A stretch of DNA of 64,000 nt from an uncultured Verrucomicrobiae bacterium (GTDB lineage: Bacteria > Verrucomicrobiota > Verrucomicrobiia > Limisphaerales > Palsa-1400). This document shows positions 44,401 to 53,028 of the stretch, one piece after another (the first letter of the stretch is position 1; the number at the start of each line of letters is the position of its first letter). The position numbers were made by a program, and so were the translations under genes. A model generated the notes under the pieces. That model ran no database searches. It was not told the DNA's origin and worked only from the letters and a program-made list of their open reading frames with translations. Location: assembly GCA_963707025.1 (NCBI GenBank), contig CAVPOM010000012.1:288001-352000 (forward strand). The letters run 5' to 3'.

Positions 44401-45542
44401 CCAATGTCTGGACCAATCGCACCAGCAATGGGCAGAGCGTGGGCAACTTCACCACTCTGGGCGGAGCCAACCTGAATGTGGCGGCGGTGTCGTGGAACGG
44501 GCAGACGGTCAACACCCTTTTTGTCCATTCTTCAGGCAACAATTCGGTGCAGTCGGCCTTGGCCAGCCCAAGCGAAATCGTCTCCAACTCCCCGGTATCG
44601 GTCGAGGCCTGGCTCCTGGCCCTCAGTGTCAGCCCCAAGCGGGCCATCGTCAATTATGGCTGGCAGGGAGGCCCGGGCGCGCCGGTGGAAGACCGGGAAT
44701 TCAGCTATGATACGGGCGGTTCGGGCGTCATTTCCGGTGACTTTGGCAACCTGGACACGGCGTGGGCGACGACCCCCAACACCAACCTCTGGCATTATGT
44801 GGCCTACACCTGGGATGGCAGCACCATCACCGCCTATCTGGACGGCCTGCGCAATGTGCAAAGAAACGTGGGCGCCATCTGCAAGACGGTGCCGACGTTC
44901 CTGCAGATTGGCTCAGGCATCGGGGGCACGGGCGTCAACGGGGGCAATGACGTGGCCGACGACTATATTGCCTGCGCGCGGGTGGAGAGCGGGGTCTTGA
45001 CGGCCGGGGAAGTGGCGGCCAACTATGCCGTGGGACCGTTGGGGACGCCGGTCGCCAGCACCCCGGCGGGACTGGCGGCTGCGGCCGGGGACAGCCGGGT
45101 GATTTTGTCTTGGAACCCGTCCGGCAATGCCACTAATTACAATGTCAAAAGTTCCACCAATTCCGGCGGGCCTTACAGCGTGGTGGTGTCGAACCTGGCG
45201 GCGTTGCATTTCACCAACACCGGCCTGGCCAACGGGAGAACGTATTATTTCGTGGTGTCCGCGACCAACTCGGCCGGTGAGAGCGCCAACTCCGCGCCAG
45301 TGGCGGCGCAACCAGTGTCCCTGACCTCGCCGCAGCTCAACTTTGTGGTCAGCGACGGCCAAATCCAATTCAACTGGCCGCAAGACCATCTGAGTTGGAG
45401 GCTGCAAGGGCAATCCAACGGGCCGGGAGCCGGCCTGGGGACAAACTGGGTGACGGTGTCCGGTTCGACGGCGACGAATCAGATGACCATCCCGATTAGC
45501 CCGGCAGGAGGCAGCGTCTTTTACCGGATGGTTTACCCATAG
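41459..45542 (+). CDS. GH87-like (alpha-1,3-glucanase/mycodextranase-type) beta-helix + CBM6 + fascin-like + FN3 + LamG-like + FN3 + CTD; frameshift ~42480
   Basis: TPFTSYEAEAG, EASGHAYVQL, NVRYCIPD, RGTGDDAMA, TGGWQTW (CBM6), LIANRTAVGSWETF (fascin); removing one T gives DNVWIQHA. Confidence 0.75.
44342..45542 (+). repeat. 1.2-kb direct repeat, copy 2
   Basis: About 14 substitutions versus copy 1 by eye. Confidence 0.95.
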
Positions 45543-45555
45543 GAGAAGAGATGTT

Positions 45556-46938
45556 TCAATGGCTGGCCGAGTCGGCCGCCCAGATGGCGCGAATCGCCTC
45601 CTCGTCGCCAAGTCCATCCGGGACTGCCGTGCTTGGTGTGTTGGCGTAATACCAGCGCTTTTGATTCAGCGGCGAGGTTTCCGTGCGGCTGCCAGGCATT
45701 TCGAGCCAGCCATTGGTGTCGGTCTTCCGCACCCAATCCCAGGCGTAGCGCAGCCAGTCGCTGCGATAGGGTTTGGGCTGGTTGGCGAACCAGGAGATTT
45801 CGTCGTAGCCCCACACCCAGTTGAATTCGCCTTGCGCATTCGGCTGTCCCGGGTGCCGGCTGACGCCATAATTATCCAGTTCCGCCAGCCAGGGCAGATG
45901 CTCGCACGTCCAGCCGCTGACAGTCAGACCGCCCTTGCTGTGCCCATAGAGGCCGTCGGAAAATCCAACTTTCAAAATCGCCTCTTGCGGCTTGTCGGGA
46001 ACTTCCATCACGCGCAGCGGGAACGCGTTAAAATCCAGGAGCGGCCGTCCGTTGCGCATCAGGCCGCCGGTGGGGACATGGCCGTTGCACAGCACCATGT
46101 GGCGGCGGGCGTGGCTGGCGGCGTAAGTCCTGACCAGGGTGAGCAAATGTTCCCATTGGGCGTTATCGCGGTCGTTTTTGTTCATGATCTCGACCTGGCC
46201 GAAGTGGATCGCCCCGCAACCGATGTCAATGTAGGATGCCGCCTGATAATAGAACCAAAGTTGGGTTTCCAGCCGGCTCTCATCCGGGACCTGGGCATTG
46301 CCCATCGCCCGGCGCTGACCCACCGGATAGATTATGTCGTCGTAACGGAAATTCCGTTGTTCCACCGGCTGGCCAAGGGCCGTGAACACCCAGTCCGGGA
46401 TGGCAATCTGATTCACCCGCGCGCTGACGGTCTCGAAAACGCAGGCTTCCAAAATGATTTCCGGATCAGCCGCCAGCACCTGCGGGATCTCCTCCCTGGC
46501 GCGCTGAATGTTAGTCAGGAAATTGGCCTCCGCGCCCCACAGACAAAGGGCGCGACCAATGTACTTGGCTCCGGTGCTCTTGAGCATGCGGATGTTGTCT
46601 TCCAGATTGCCGCGGCCATTGAGCAGGCCCTCCATGCAAATGGAGCGGGAGAGGTAGTTTTCCAATACTTCGCGGGAAATGGTCCCGTCAAATTGATAAC
46701 CGCCCGGCCGGGCGTACGTCGGCTCCGACTTCAATTCCACACCGTTGACGGTGATGACGGCATCCAGATATTGTCCCGCCCCGTTTATTGTTCCAACGAA
46801 ACCAAATGCACCGGCGGCGATCGCCGCCAAAGCGAGGAGTCTTGCCGGCCTGGCTGCAGGAAGGCGCACTTCACATTTTTGGGCATCTGCTCCTAATCCT
46901 AATGTTAATCCTGATCTTAATCTCATTTTATTATTCAT
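45556..46938 (-). CDS. Secreted hypothetical protein, possible unclassified glycoside hydrolase; start uncertain
   Basis: Hydrophobic signal-like segment, aromatic-rich sequence, last gene of a CAZyme operon. Confidence 0.6.
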   Translation of the reverse strand: MNNKMRLRSGLTLGLGADAQKCEVRLPAARPARLLALAAIAAGAFGFVGTINGAGQYLDAVITVNGVELKSEPTYARPGGYQFDGTISREVLENYLSRSICMEGLLNGRGNLEDNIRMLKSTGAKYIGRALCLWGAEANFLTNIQRAREEIPQVLAADPEIILEACVFETVSARVNQIAIPDWVFTALGQPVEQRNFRYDDIIYPVGQRRAMGNAQVPDESRLETQLWFYYQAASYIDIGCGAIHFGQVEIMNKNDRDNAQWEHLLTLVRTYAASHARRHMVLCNGHVPTGGLMRNGRPLLDFNAFPLRVMEVPDKPQEAILKVGFSDGLYGHSKGGLTVSGWTCEHLPWLAELDNYGVSRHPGQPNAQGEFNWVWGYDEISWFANQPKPYRSDWLRYAWDWVRKTDTNGWLEMPGSRTETSPLNQKRWYYANTPSTAVPDGLGDEEAIRAIWAADSASH

Positions 46939-46965
46939 ATGACTGTAAATTCTCCGATCCCGCCC

Positions 46966-49725
46966 CTAACGCACCACCAGCGCCAATTTCCGGGTCAATT
47001 TGTCGGATGCGGCGCCGACGAGAATTTCATAACCGCCCGGTTCTACTTTGTAGCTCTTTGTTGCCACATCCCAATAACGAAAGCGCTCGACCGGTATCTC
47101 GACCGACACCGGCGCCGTCTTTCCCGCCGGGACCTTGATGCGGGTGAAGCCGCACAGGGCCAGTTGTGCCTGGGGCAGCGATGATTTCAGGTGCCGATAA
47201 TAGACCTGCACCACCTCATCGCCGTCGCGTCGTCCGGTGTTTTTCACGTTCACTGAAAGCGTGATCGAATCGTCCCGGCTCACGCGCGTATGGTCGAGCT
47301 TTGCGCCACTGTAGGCGAACTTGGTGTAGCTCAAGCCGTGGCCGAAGGCGAAAAGCGGTTTGCCGGCGAAATAACGATAAGTGCGATGGCTCATGCTGTA
47401 ATCCTCAAACGGCGGCAAATCAGCGGTGGCCTGGTAGAAGGTGACCGGGAGGCGTCCGGCGGGGTTGGTGTCGCCAAAAAGCGCCTCCGCCACCGCGCGT
47501 CCTCCCTGCTCGCCGGGATACCACACCTGCAAAATGGCGGGCAGATTTTTGGCGGCCCAAACCAGGGCCACGGCGCTCCCGCTGCAATTCACGCACACCA
47601 CAGGTTTGCCGGCCGCATGAAGGGCCTTGAGCAATTCCACTTGGACCGCGGGCAGCGCGATATCTGTGCGGTCGCCGCCGCCAAACCCGATATAATTGAC
47701 AGGCATCTCTTCGCCTTCAAGCTGCGGGTTCAGCCCGCCAACGTAGATGACGACATCCGCAGCCGAAGCCGCCTGCACCGCGCGGGTGAACATATTGCGC
47801 TCCGCGGGCTTTCCGCTCTGGTCCTTGCGTGTGGCCAGAGGACAGCCTGGGTCAAAGACCACTTCCACACCCGGCCCCGCGACAGACTTAATGCCGTCAA
47901 GAATGGTGACGGGCCTGGCGGGCGTTCCGCAGTAGTTGCCCAGCAAAACATCGAGGGAACCGGCGTTGGTGCCGATGACGGCGATGCGCTTGAGCTTGGC
48001 GCGGTTGAGCGGCAGCACGCCGTCGTTTTTCAGCAGCGTGACGGACTCGCGCGTGGCGCGCAGGGACAGCGCCTCATGTTCAGGGGTATCGTTTTGGCTG
48101 AAAGGTATTCGGGCGTAGGCGACTTGTTCGGGAGGATCGAACAGCCCCAGCCGGAAGCGCGCATCCAACACATGGCCTAGCGCAACATCCATTTCCGGTT
48201 CGGTAATCAGCCCTTGCCTCACGGCTCTGGGGAGCGCGTTGTAGTCATTCCCGCAACACAAGTCGCAGCCGGCCTTAACCGCCCGCGCGGCGGCTTCCTC
48301 GCGGGTGGGGACCTTTTTGTGATTGGCGAAAATGTCATAAATCGCGCCGCAATCGGAAACGACGTGGCCTTGGAAACCCCATTGCTGGCGCAGGAGGTCG
48401 CCCAACAACAATTTGCTCGAAGTCGCCGGTTCGCCATAGACGCTGTTGTAGGCGCCCATCACAATCCCGACCCTGCCCTCGCGCACGGCGGCTTCGAAGT
48501 GCGGAAGGTAGGTCTCATGGAAATCCCGCTCCGAGATCTCCGCGTCAAACGTATGCCGCGTGGACTCCGGACCGCTGTGGACGGCAAAGTGTTTGGCGCA
48601 AGCCATCGCCTTGATATAATTCGGATCATCGCCCTGCAAACCGCGGATGAACGCCACGGCCATGCGCGAGGTGAGAAATGGATCTTCCCCGTAGGTTTCC
48701 TGGCCGCGCCCCCAACGCGGGTCGCGAAAGATGTTGATGTTCGGAGTCCAAAAGGTAAGCCCGTAATACTTGGCGCTGTCTCCCCCGTGCGCGCGCGTGT
48801 ATTCGTTATGCTTGGCCCGGGCCTCGGTGGCGATGGTGTCCGCAATATCATGCAGCAACGGGGCGTCCCACGTCGCCGCCAGGCCGATGGCTTGGGGAAA
48901 AACGGTGGCGACACCGGATCGCGCCACTCCGTGGAGACATTCATTCCAATAATTGTAGGCCGGCAGGCCGACGCGGGGAATCGCCGGAGCCGTGTTATGC
49001 ATCTGGGCCGCTTTTTCGGCCAGCGACATGCGCCGGATTAAATCCTTCACGCGCGCCTGCAGCGGTTGGGCCGGGTCTTTCCACAACACCGGACCTTCCA
49101 CTACCGGGGGAACCAGGGCCGCCGCATCATCCCCGGTGATCAAATCCGCGGCCTTCATGGAAACAATGGATGCGCCGGACGCATTCTGAAGTTCAAACGT
49201 GTTCAGCTTGGCGGCGCCACGCCGCGCGATCAGACGGACGCGCAGCGGCCCGTGCAAGGCGTCTCCCGGATGTTCGACTTGGGCGCGAATCCGCACGACT
49301 TTGTCCTTGCCGCCGGCGGCGGCGAAAATGTCGAGATTGGTCGCAATCACCTGCTCGCCGCACACGATATCAAACAAACGCTGGCCGGCCTTGTCGTGTT
49401 GCAGTTCCACCAACCCGATCTCAACGGTGTATTTCCCGGCCGCAAGATCAGGCACCGTCAGCGCGAAGCCGGGACCGTGGATTTCGTCACGGAAATCCGC
49501 CTCGTTTCCAGGCGCGTTCGCGATCAAAAAGGTGTCGCTGGTGCCGTGCTCAAACTGGCCGGTGACGACCAGTTTCTTATCGCACGCGCCGCAGACCTCG
49601 TCCTCTGCGCTGACCGAAAAACAAAGGCACAAAACCATCGCGGCAATGCAGGTGAACAGCCGGTTCGGAGAGATTATAGAGCCCATGATTTTTGTTATTT
49701 TGGTCTGGCTATTTTGGCAGGACAC
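46966..49725 (-). CDS. GH3 beta-glycosidase with N-terminal malectin-like domain
   Basis: WNECLHG, RDPRWGRGQETYGEDP, KHF, VVSDCGAI, GHGLSYT; GQRLFDI...LDIFAAAGG malectin. Confidence 0.92.
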   Translation of the reverse strand: MSCQNSQTKITKIMGSIISPNRLFTCIAAMVLCLCFSVSAEDEVCGACDKKLVVTGQFEHGTSDTFLIANAPGNEADFRDEIHGPGFALTVPDLAAGKYTVEIGLVELQHDKAGQRLFDIVCGEQVIATNLDIFAAAGGKDKVVRIRAQVEHPGDALHGPLRVRLIARRGAAKLNTFELQNASGASIVSMKAADLITGDDAAALVPPVVEGPVLWKDPAQPLQARVKDLIRRMSLAEKAAQMHNTAPAIPRVGLPAYNYWNECLHGVARSGVATVFPQAIGLAATWDAPLLHDIADTIATEARAKHNEYTRAHGGDSAKYYGLTFWTPNINIFRDPRWGRGQETYGEDPFLTSRMAVAFIRGLQGDDPNYIKAMACAKHFAVHSGPESTRHTFDAEISERDFHETYLPHFEAAVREGRVGIVMGAYNSVYGEPATSSKLLLGDLLRQQWGFQGHVVSDCGAIYDIFANHKKVPTREEAAARAVKAGCDLCCGNDYNALPRAVRQGLITEPEMDVALGHVLDARFRLGLFDPPEQVAYARIPFSQNDTPEHEALSLRATRESVTLLKNDGVLPLNRAKLKRIAVIGTNAGSLDVLLGNYCGTPARPVTILDGIKSVAGPGVEVVFDPGCPLATRKDQSGKPAERNMFTRAVQAASAADVVIYVGGLNPQLEGEEMPVNYIGFGGGDRTDIALPAVQVELLKALHAAGKPVVCVNCSGSAVALVWAAKNLPAILQVWYPGEQGGRAVAEALFGDTNPAGRLPVTFYQATADLPPFEDYSMSHRTYRYFAGKPLFAFGHGLSYTKFAYSGAKLDHTRVSRDDSITLSVNVKNTGRRDGDEVVQVYYRHLKSSLPQAQLALCGFTRIKVPAGKTAPVSVEIPVERFRYWDVATKSYKVEPGGYEILVGAASDKLTRKLALVVR

Positions 49726-52639
49726 GATATTTATGCCCCGCCACAGTCGGAAAGATCAAGCACTCCCCGTTGCTCCGATCGAGTTTGGCCGGCAACGATT
49801 CCGCTCTCCCGGCTTCATGAACGGCAACCTCCTGGCCAGGCCAGGGATTCATCAACTGGCACTGGTTGTCGCGCCGCGCCTGTATTTCAACGTAATAAAC
49901 GCCGTTGGAATTATGGCAGGCGGATACCAGAAAACCACCGCGCGCCTGGAAATTATGGTATGCCACTTCGCTCGCAGGCGGCACCGCCGGAAACAAATAA
50001 ATCCGTCCGCTGCGGCTGTTCAAAAGTGTTTCCGCATCGTTCCTGCCGCCAACTTCGCCGCCTCCCCCGCGCCGGCCGCCTCCTTCGCCCGGAGGCACAC
50101 CCAACAAGGTCAACGCCATGGGGGTGGTTTGAGACTGGATGGTTCGCACCGTGCGGAGCATCAAGTCCTTCTGATCTTGAGGGGAGTCGAGATTAATTTC
50201 GTCCGCCAGGACTGTGGGGTAGGAATTGGCCTCGTTTTGATGATCGCGCGAGTCACGCCTCGGCTCCAAACCGGGAATGGCGGTGAGCACGGCCCCACTG
50301 GTTGTCTGCCAGGTTGAGTAAGGCGGCAATTGCGCGGCCACTTCCCGCCATTGCTTGCTCAAGCCGGCATCCACGCCGAGAAGCTCCGCGGCGTCGGCTG
50401 CTCGCGTCAATCCCCAGCGGAACAAGCACACCGAGCTGATCACATCCTTGTTGCGCGAGAACTCCGGGTAAAAGCCCCAGCGCTCCTCTTCCATGCACGG
50501 TATGACGTGGTAGTAACCATCAGCGCCTCTCCTGGCGTAGGCTGCATAGAACAGGGCCATTTGCTTCATCATGGGATAACATACTTGACGCAGGTAATTA
50601 GTGTCGCCGCCGTAGTCCCATTCATCCCAGGCGGGGCGCAGAAGTTCGGCCATGGTGCCCAGACAAAATTCAAGGGCGATGGTGGTGTGGACGTATTTGT
50701 CCGGCTTGACCGGCGGCAGGTAGCCGTGAGTGAGAAGCATTCCCGGCAGGTCGCCTAAATGCCGCGCGTTTTCCACTCCTCCCGGCATCCAGTGTTGCAC
50801 GATCTGTTTCCACATGTCCTCGCTATCACCCCAGTTGCGAACGAAGCGCGAGGTGTAAAAGATCTCGTTATAGCAGGGAGCGCCGTCGAAATCCTGAAAG
50901 TCCCTTTCCGGCCGGGCGTAGGAAGCGCTGCATTCAAGCTGGGTCATATCGGTCTTGGTGCCGCCGCCGTGGCTGTCGGTCCAACTCCGGCAGATCTCGG
51001 GAAGGTTGTCGCTCACGTTTGTGCCAGTCAGTCCGTGGAACACGCGTCCGTCTTCCCGCTTGTCGTAGAAGGCATTCCACCACTGGCTGTTTTCCCGTGC
51101 CACCCCGTCGAACCCGCCCGCTTCCGCTTCCGCCAAACGTTTCCTGGCCAAGGCCACAAGATTGGGACCATCCATCGTGGTTACTATGGTGATATAGGCC
51201 TCCAGTTGGCCGTCGGCTCCGGGTGTGAAGGTGGCCGTGGCCGCAGCGCCCGGCGCCAGGGCGATGGACGGCCGGGGCGCTCCAAACCAATCCCAAGGCA
51301 TCGGCGGATTCGGCGGCGGCGTGCCAAGGCCGGTTTGGCCTTCCGCCACTTTTACCTCTATGTTTTTGGGTGTGGCCACCACGCCCATGAGCACATACTC
51401 GAAGCCTTGCGGAAAGGTCTTTTCCCCGGGCATTTTCTGCCGAATCCAGAAGTAGCGCCCATCGGTGCCGCTGGTAGGAGCATCAATAGGCCCGTTAAAG
51501 GCCCTGTCGGCTTCCGCCTCCGGCTTGGTATAGGTTTTGCCATCGGGTTCCATATAATCCAGATGGGACGTGTCCTGGTGCCGATAAAGCCGGACAAAGA
51601 CCGGGGTGTTGATTCCGGCAAATCTGCCGCGGATGGCGTAGATGTTGTTGGTCATCCCAAGGACATATTGGAGGCTGGCCTTCGCATCGCCATTGGTCAT
51701 CTGCAGGGTCACGACGCCGTTCGCACAACTTTGTGTCAGTCGCGGCGTGCTGGCCCCAGCCAGCGGGTCCATTCCAATAATGATCTGACCGACCGGCTTG
51801 AGACATGGAAACGCATACCTCATCGGGGTGCGGTAGGGATCGTAGGTTCCACCCTCTTTGCGCAGCCATCCCAGGTCCAAGGGGCGCAACGAATTGCCCG
51901 GTTTCCTGGATAACTCCTTTGGGTAAGCGTCTTCGAGCAGAAGCCGGTTCAGCCGGACCAAATCCCGGCCTTGCGGGCTGCGCGCTCGAAGCTCATCCGT
52001 TTCAGGCCGGAAACGGATCTCTTGGAATAGCTTGGCGTCATAAATGGATGGGCCGGCAATGACCGTGTTAAAGTAAGCTGCCAAATTTGTCAGCACAACG
52101 CGCTCCAGTTCCTGGGCCCTCGGTTTTGAAGCCAGCCAGGCGTCCAGCGACGCCTTGGTTTTATCGTCCAAACGTTCATCCAGCCAGGCGGATACGGCAT
52201 CGGATTTATTCGCCATCCTGCCCGCCAGGGAAGCTGGATTGACTATGTCACCGACAAAGAAGCTTGGGGAATCAATCTCTTTTACGCCCACATAATATCT
52301 ATTGACAGCCGCAAAAGCGCCCTCGGTGATGTCCTGCAAAGTTGGCGCCGGAAACACGTGAAGCCGGCGGTCCCACACATTGTTCTTGGTCAGGCTGATC
52401 GTAATCCGATCCGGCGTCCCCCAGAGGACGGTGTGCATCTTTAGATTGTTGATGCTCATCGTCGTCCGGCTGTTGGGATCGCTGGGATTCAATTCGCCCG
52501 TCACCACCGCCGATTGGGCTGCTTCCCGCAATGGCCTTTCGCGCTGCCAGGGAAGAACCGGGGAGTCCGCCGCCGGCATGGCCAAAACACTGCCAGGAAG
52601 CCAGTAAGCCAGCGCCGCCAGCGCATTTATGATTCTCAT
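49709..52639 (-). CDS. Distant GH95/GH65-like (alpha/alpha)6 hydrolase
   Basis: Signal peptide, TKNNVWDRR, C-terminal IYLFPAVP...FQARGGFLVSA. Confidence 0.6.
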   Translation of the reverse strand: MRIINALAALAYWLPGSVLAMPAADSPVLPWQRERPLREAAQSAVVTGELNPSDPNSRTTMSINNLKMHTVLWGTPDRITISLTKNNVWDRRLHVFPAPTLQDITEGAFAAVNRYYVGVKEIDSPSFFVGDIVNPASLAGRMANKSDAVSAWLDERLDDKTKASLDAWLASKPRAQELERVVLTNLAAYFNTVIAGPSIYDAKLFQEIRFRPETDELRARSPQGRDLVRLNRLLLEDAYPKELSRKPGNSLRPLDLGWLRKEGGTYDPYRTPMRYAFPCLKPVGQIIIGMDPLAGASTPRLTQSCANGVVTLQMTNGDAKASLQYVLGMTNNIYAIRGRFAGINTPVFVRLYRHQDTSHLDYMEPDGKTYTKPEAEADRAFNGPIDAPTSGTDGRYFWIRQKMPGEKTFPQGFEYVLMGVVATPKNIEVKVAEGQTGLGTPPPNPPMPWDWFGAPRPSIALAPGAAATATFTPGADGQLEAYITIVTTMDGPNLVALARKRLAEAEAGGFDGVARENSQWWNAFYDKREDGRVFHGLTGTNVSDNLPEICRSWTDSHGGGTKTDMTQLECSASYARPERDFQDFDGAPCYNEIFYTSRFVRNWGDSEDMWKQIVQHWMPGGVENARHLGDLPGMLLTHGYLPPVKPDKYVHTTIALEFCLGTMAELLRPAWDEWDYGGDTNYLRQVCYPMMKQMALFYAAYARRGADGYYHVIPCMEEERWGFYPEFSRNKDVISSVCLFRWGLTRAADAAELLGVDAGLSKQWREVAAQLPPYSTWQTTSGAVLTAIPGLEPRRDSRDHQNEANSYPTVLADEINLDSPQDQKDLMLRTVRTIQSQTTPMALTLLGVPPGEGGGRRGGGGEVGGRNDAETLLNSRSGRIYLFPAVPPASEVAYHNFQARGGFLVSACHNSNGVYYVEIQARRDNQCQLMNPWPGQEVAVHEAGRAESLPAKLDRSNGECLIFPTVAGHKYRVLPK

Positions 52640-52679
52640 GCTGAAATGTTATCAGTACTGCATCGTCTTGACTTGTAGT

Positions 52680-52697
52680 ATCCCCTAAAACGGGGAT
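52680..52697 (-). promoter_or_regulatory. Operator box 7 upstream of the 52639 operon
   Basis: Minus strand ATCCCCGTTTTAGGGGAT; TG-n-TAACAT lies 6 nt before the ATG. Confidence 0.7.
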
Positions 52698-52753
52698 GCC
52701 AACTCCTCCATTAAATGATTTTTTGTTGGTGATATTCAACTACTTACGAAAAT

Positions 52754-52841
52754 TGGTGCCGGAGGCGGGACTCGAACCCGCACGCCATTTTACTGGCCCA
52801 GGATTTTAAGTCCTGTGCGTCTGCCATTTCGCCACTCCGGC
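52754..52841 (-). tRNA. tRNA-Leu(TAA)
   Basis: GCCGGAG...CAGGA-CTTAAAA-TCCTG, long variable arm, GTTCGAGTC, CTCCGGC-ACCA; 88 nt. Confidence 0.97.
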
Positions 52842-53028
52842 ACGGCCATATTTGCAGCCGCCGGCGCAACCTACCAGACGCAGCCGGCCCAGCGCAAGGA
52901 CGGGGAATTGGCGGATAGGGGGTCTGTGCGGAGCGTGGATCTGATTTGGTTAAACTAACTGCTTGGTTTTGGTCCGCGAAAGAACGCCACAGAACACCGT
53001 GAGACGCAGGGGGCCGGATGGCCCCAAG

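Noticed and set aside
40251..45542. Diversity-generating retroelement TR/VR pair
   Set aside because: No reverse transcriptase; the repeat is 1.2 kb, both copies are coding, and mismatches are not adenine-specific
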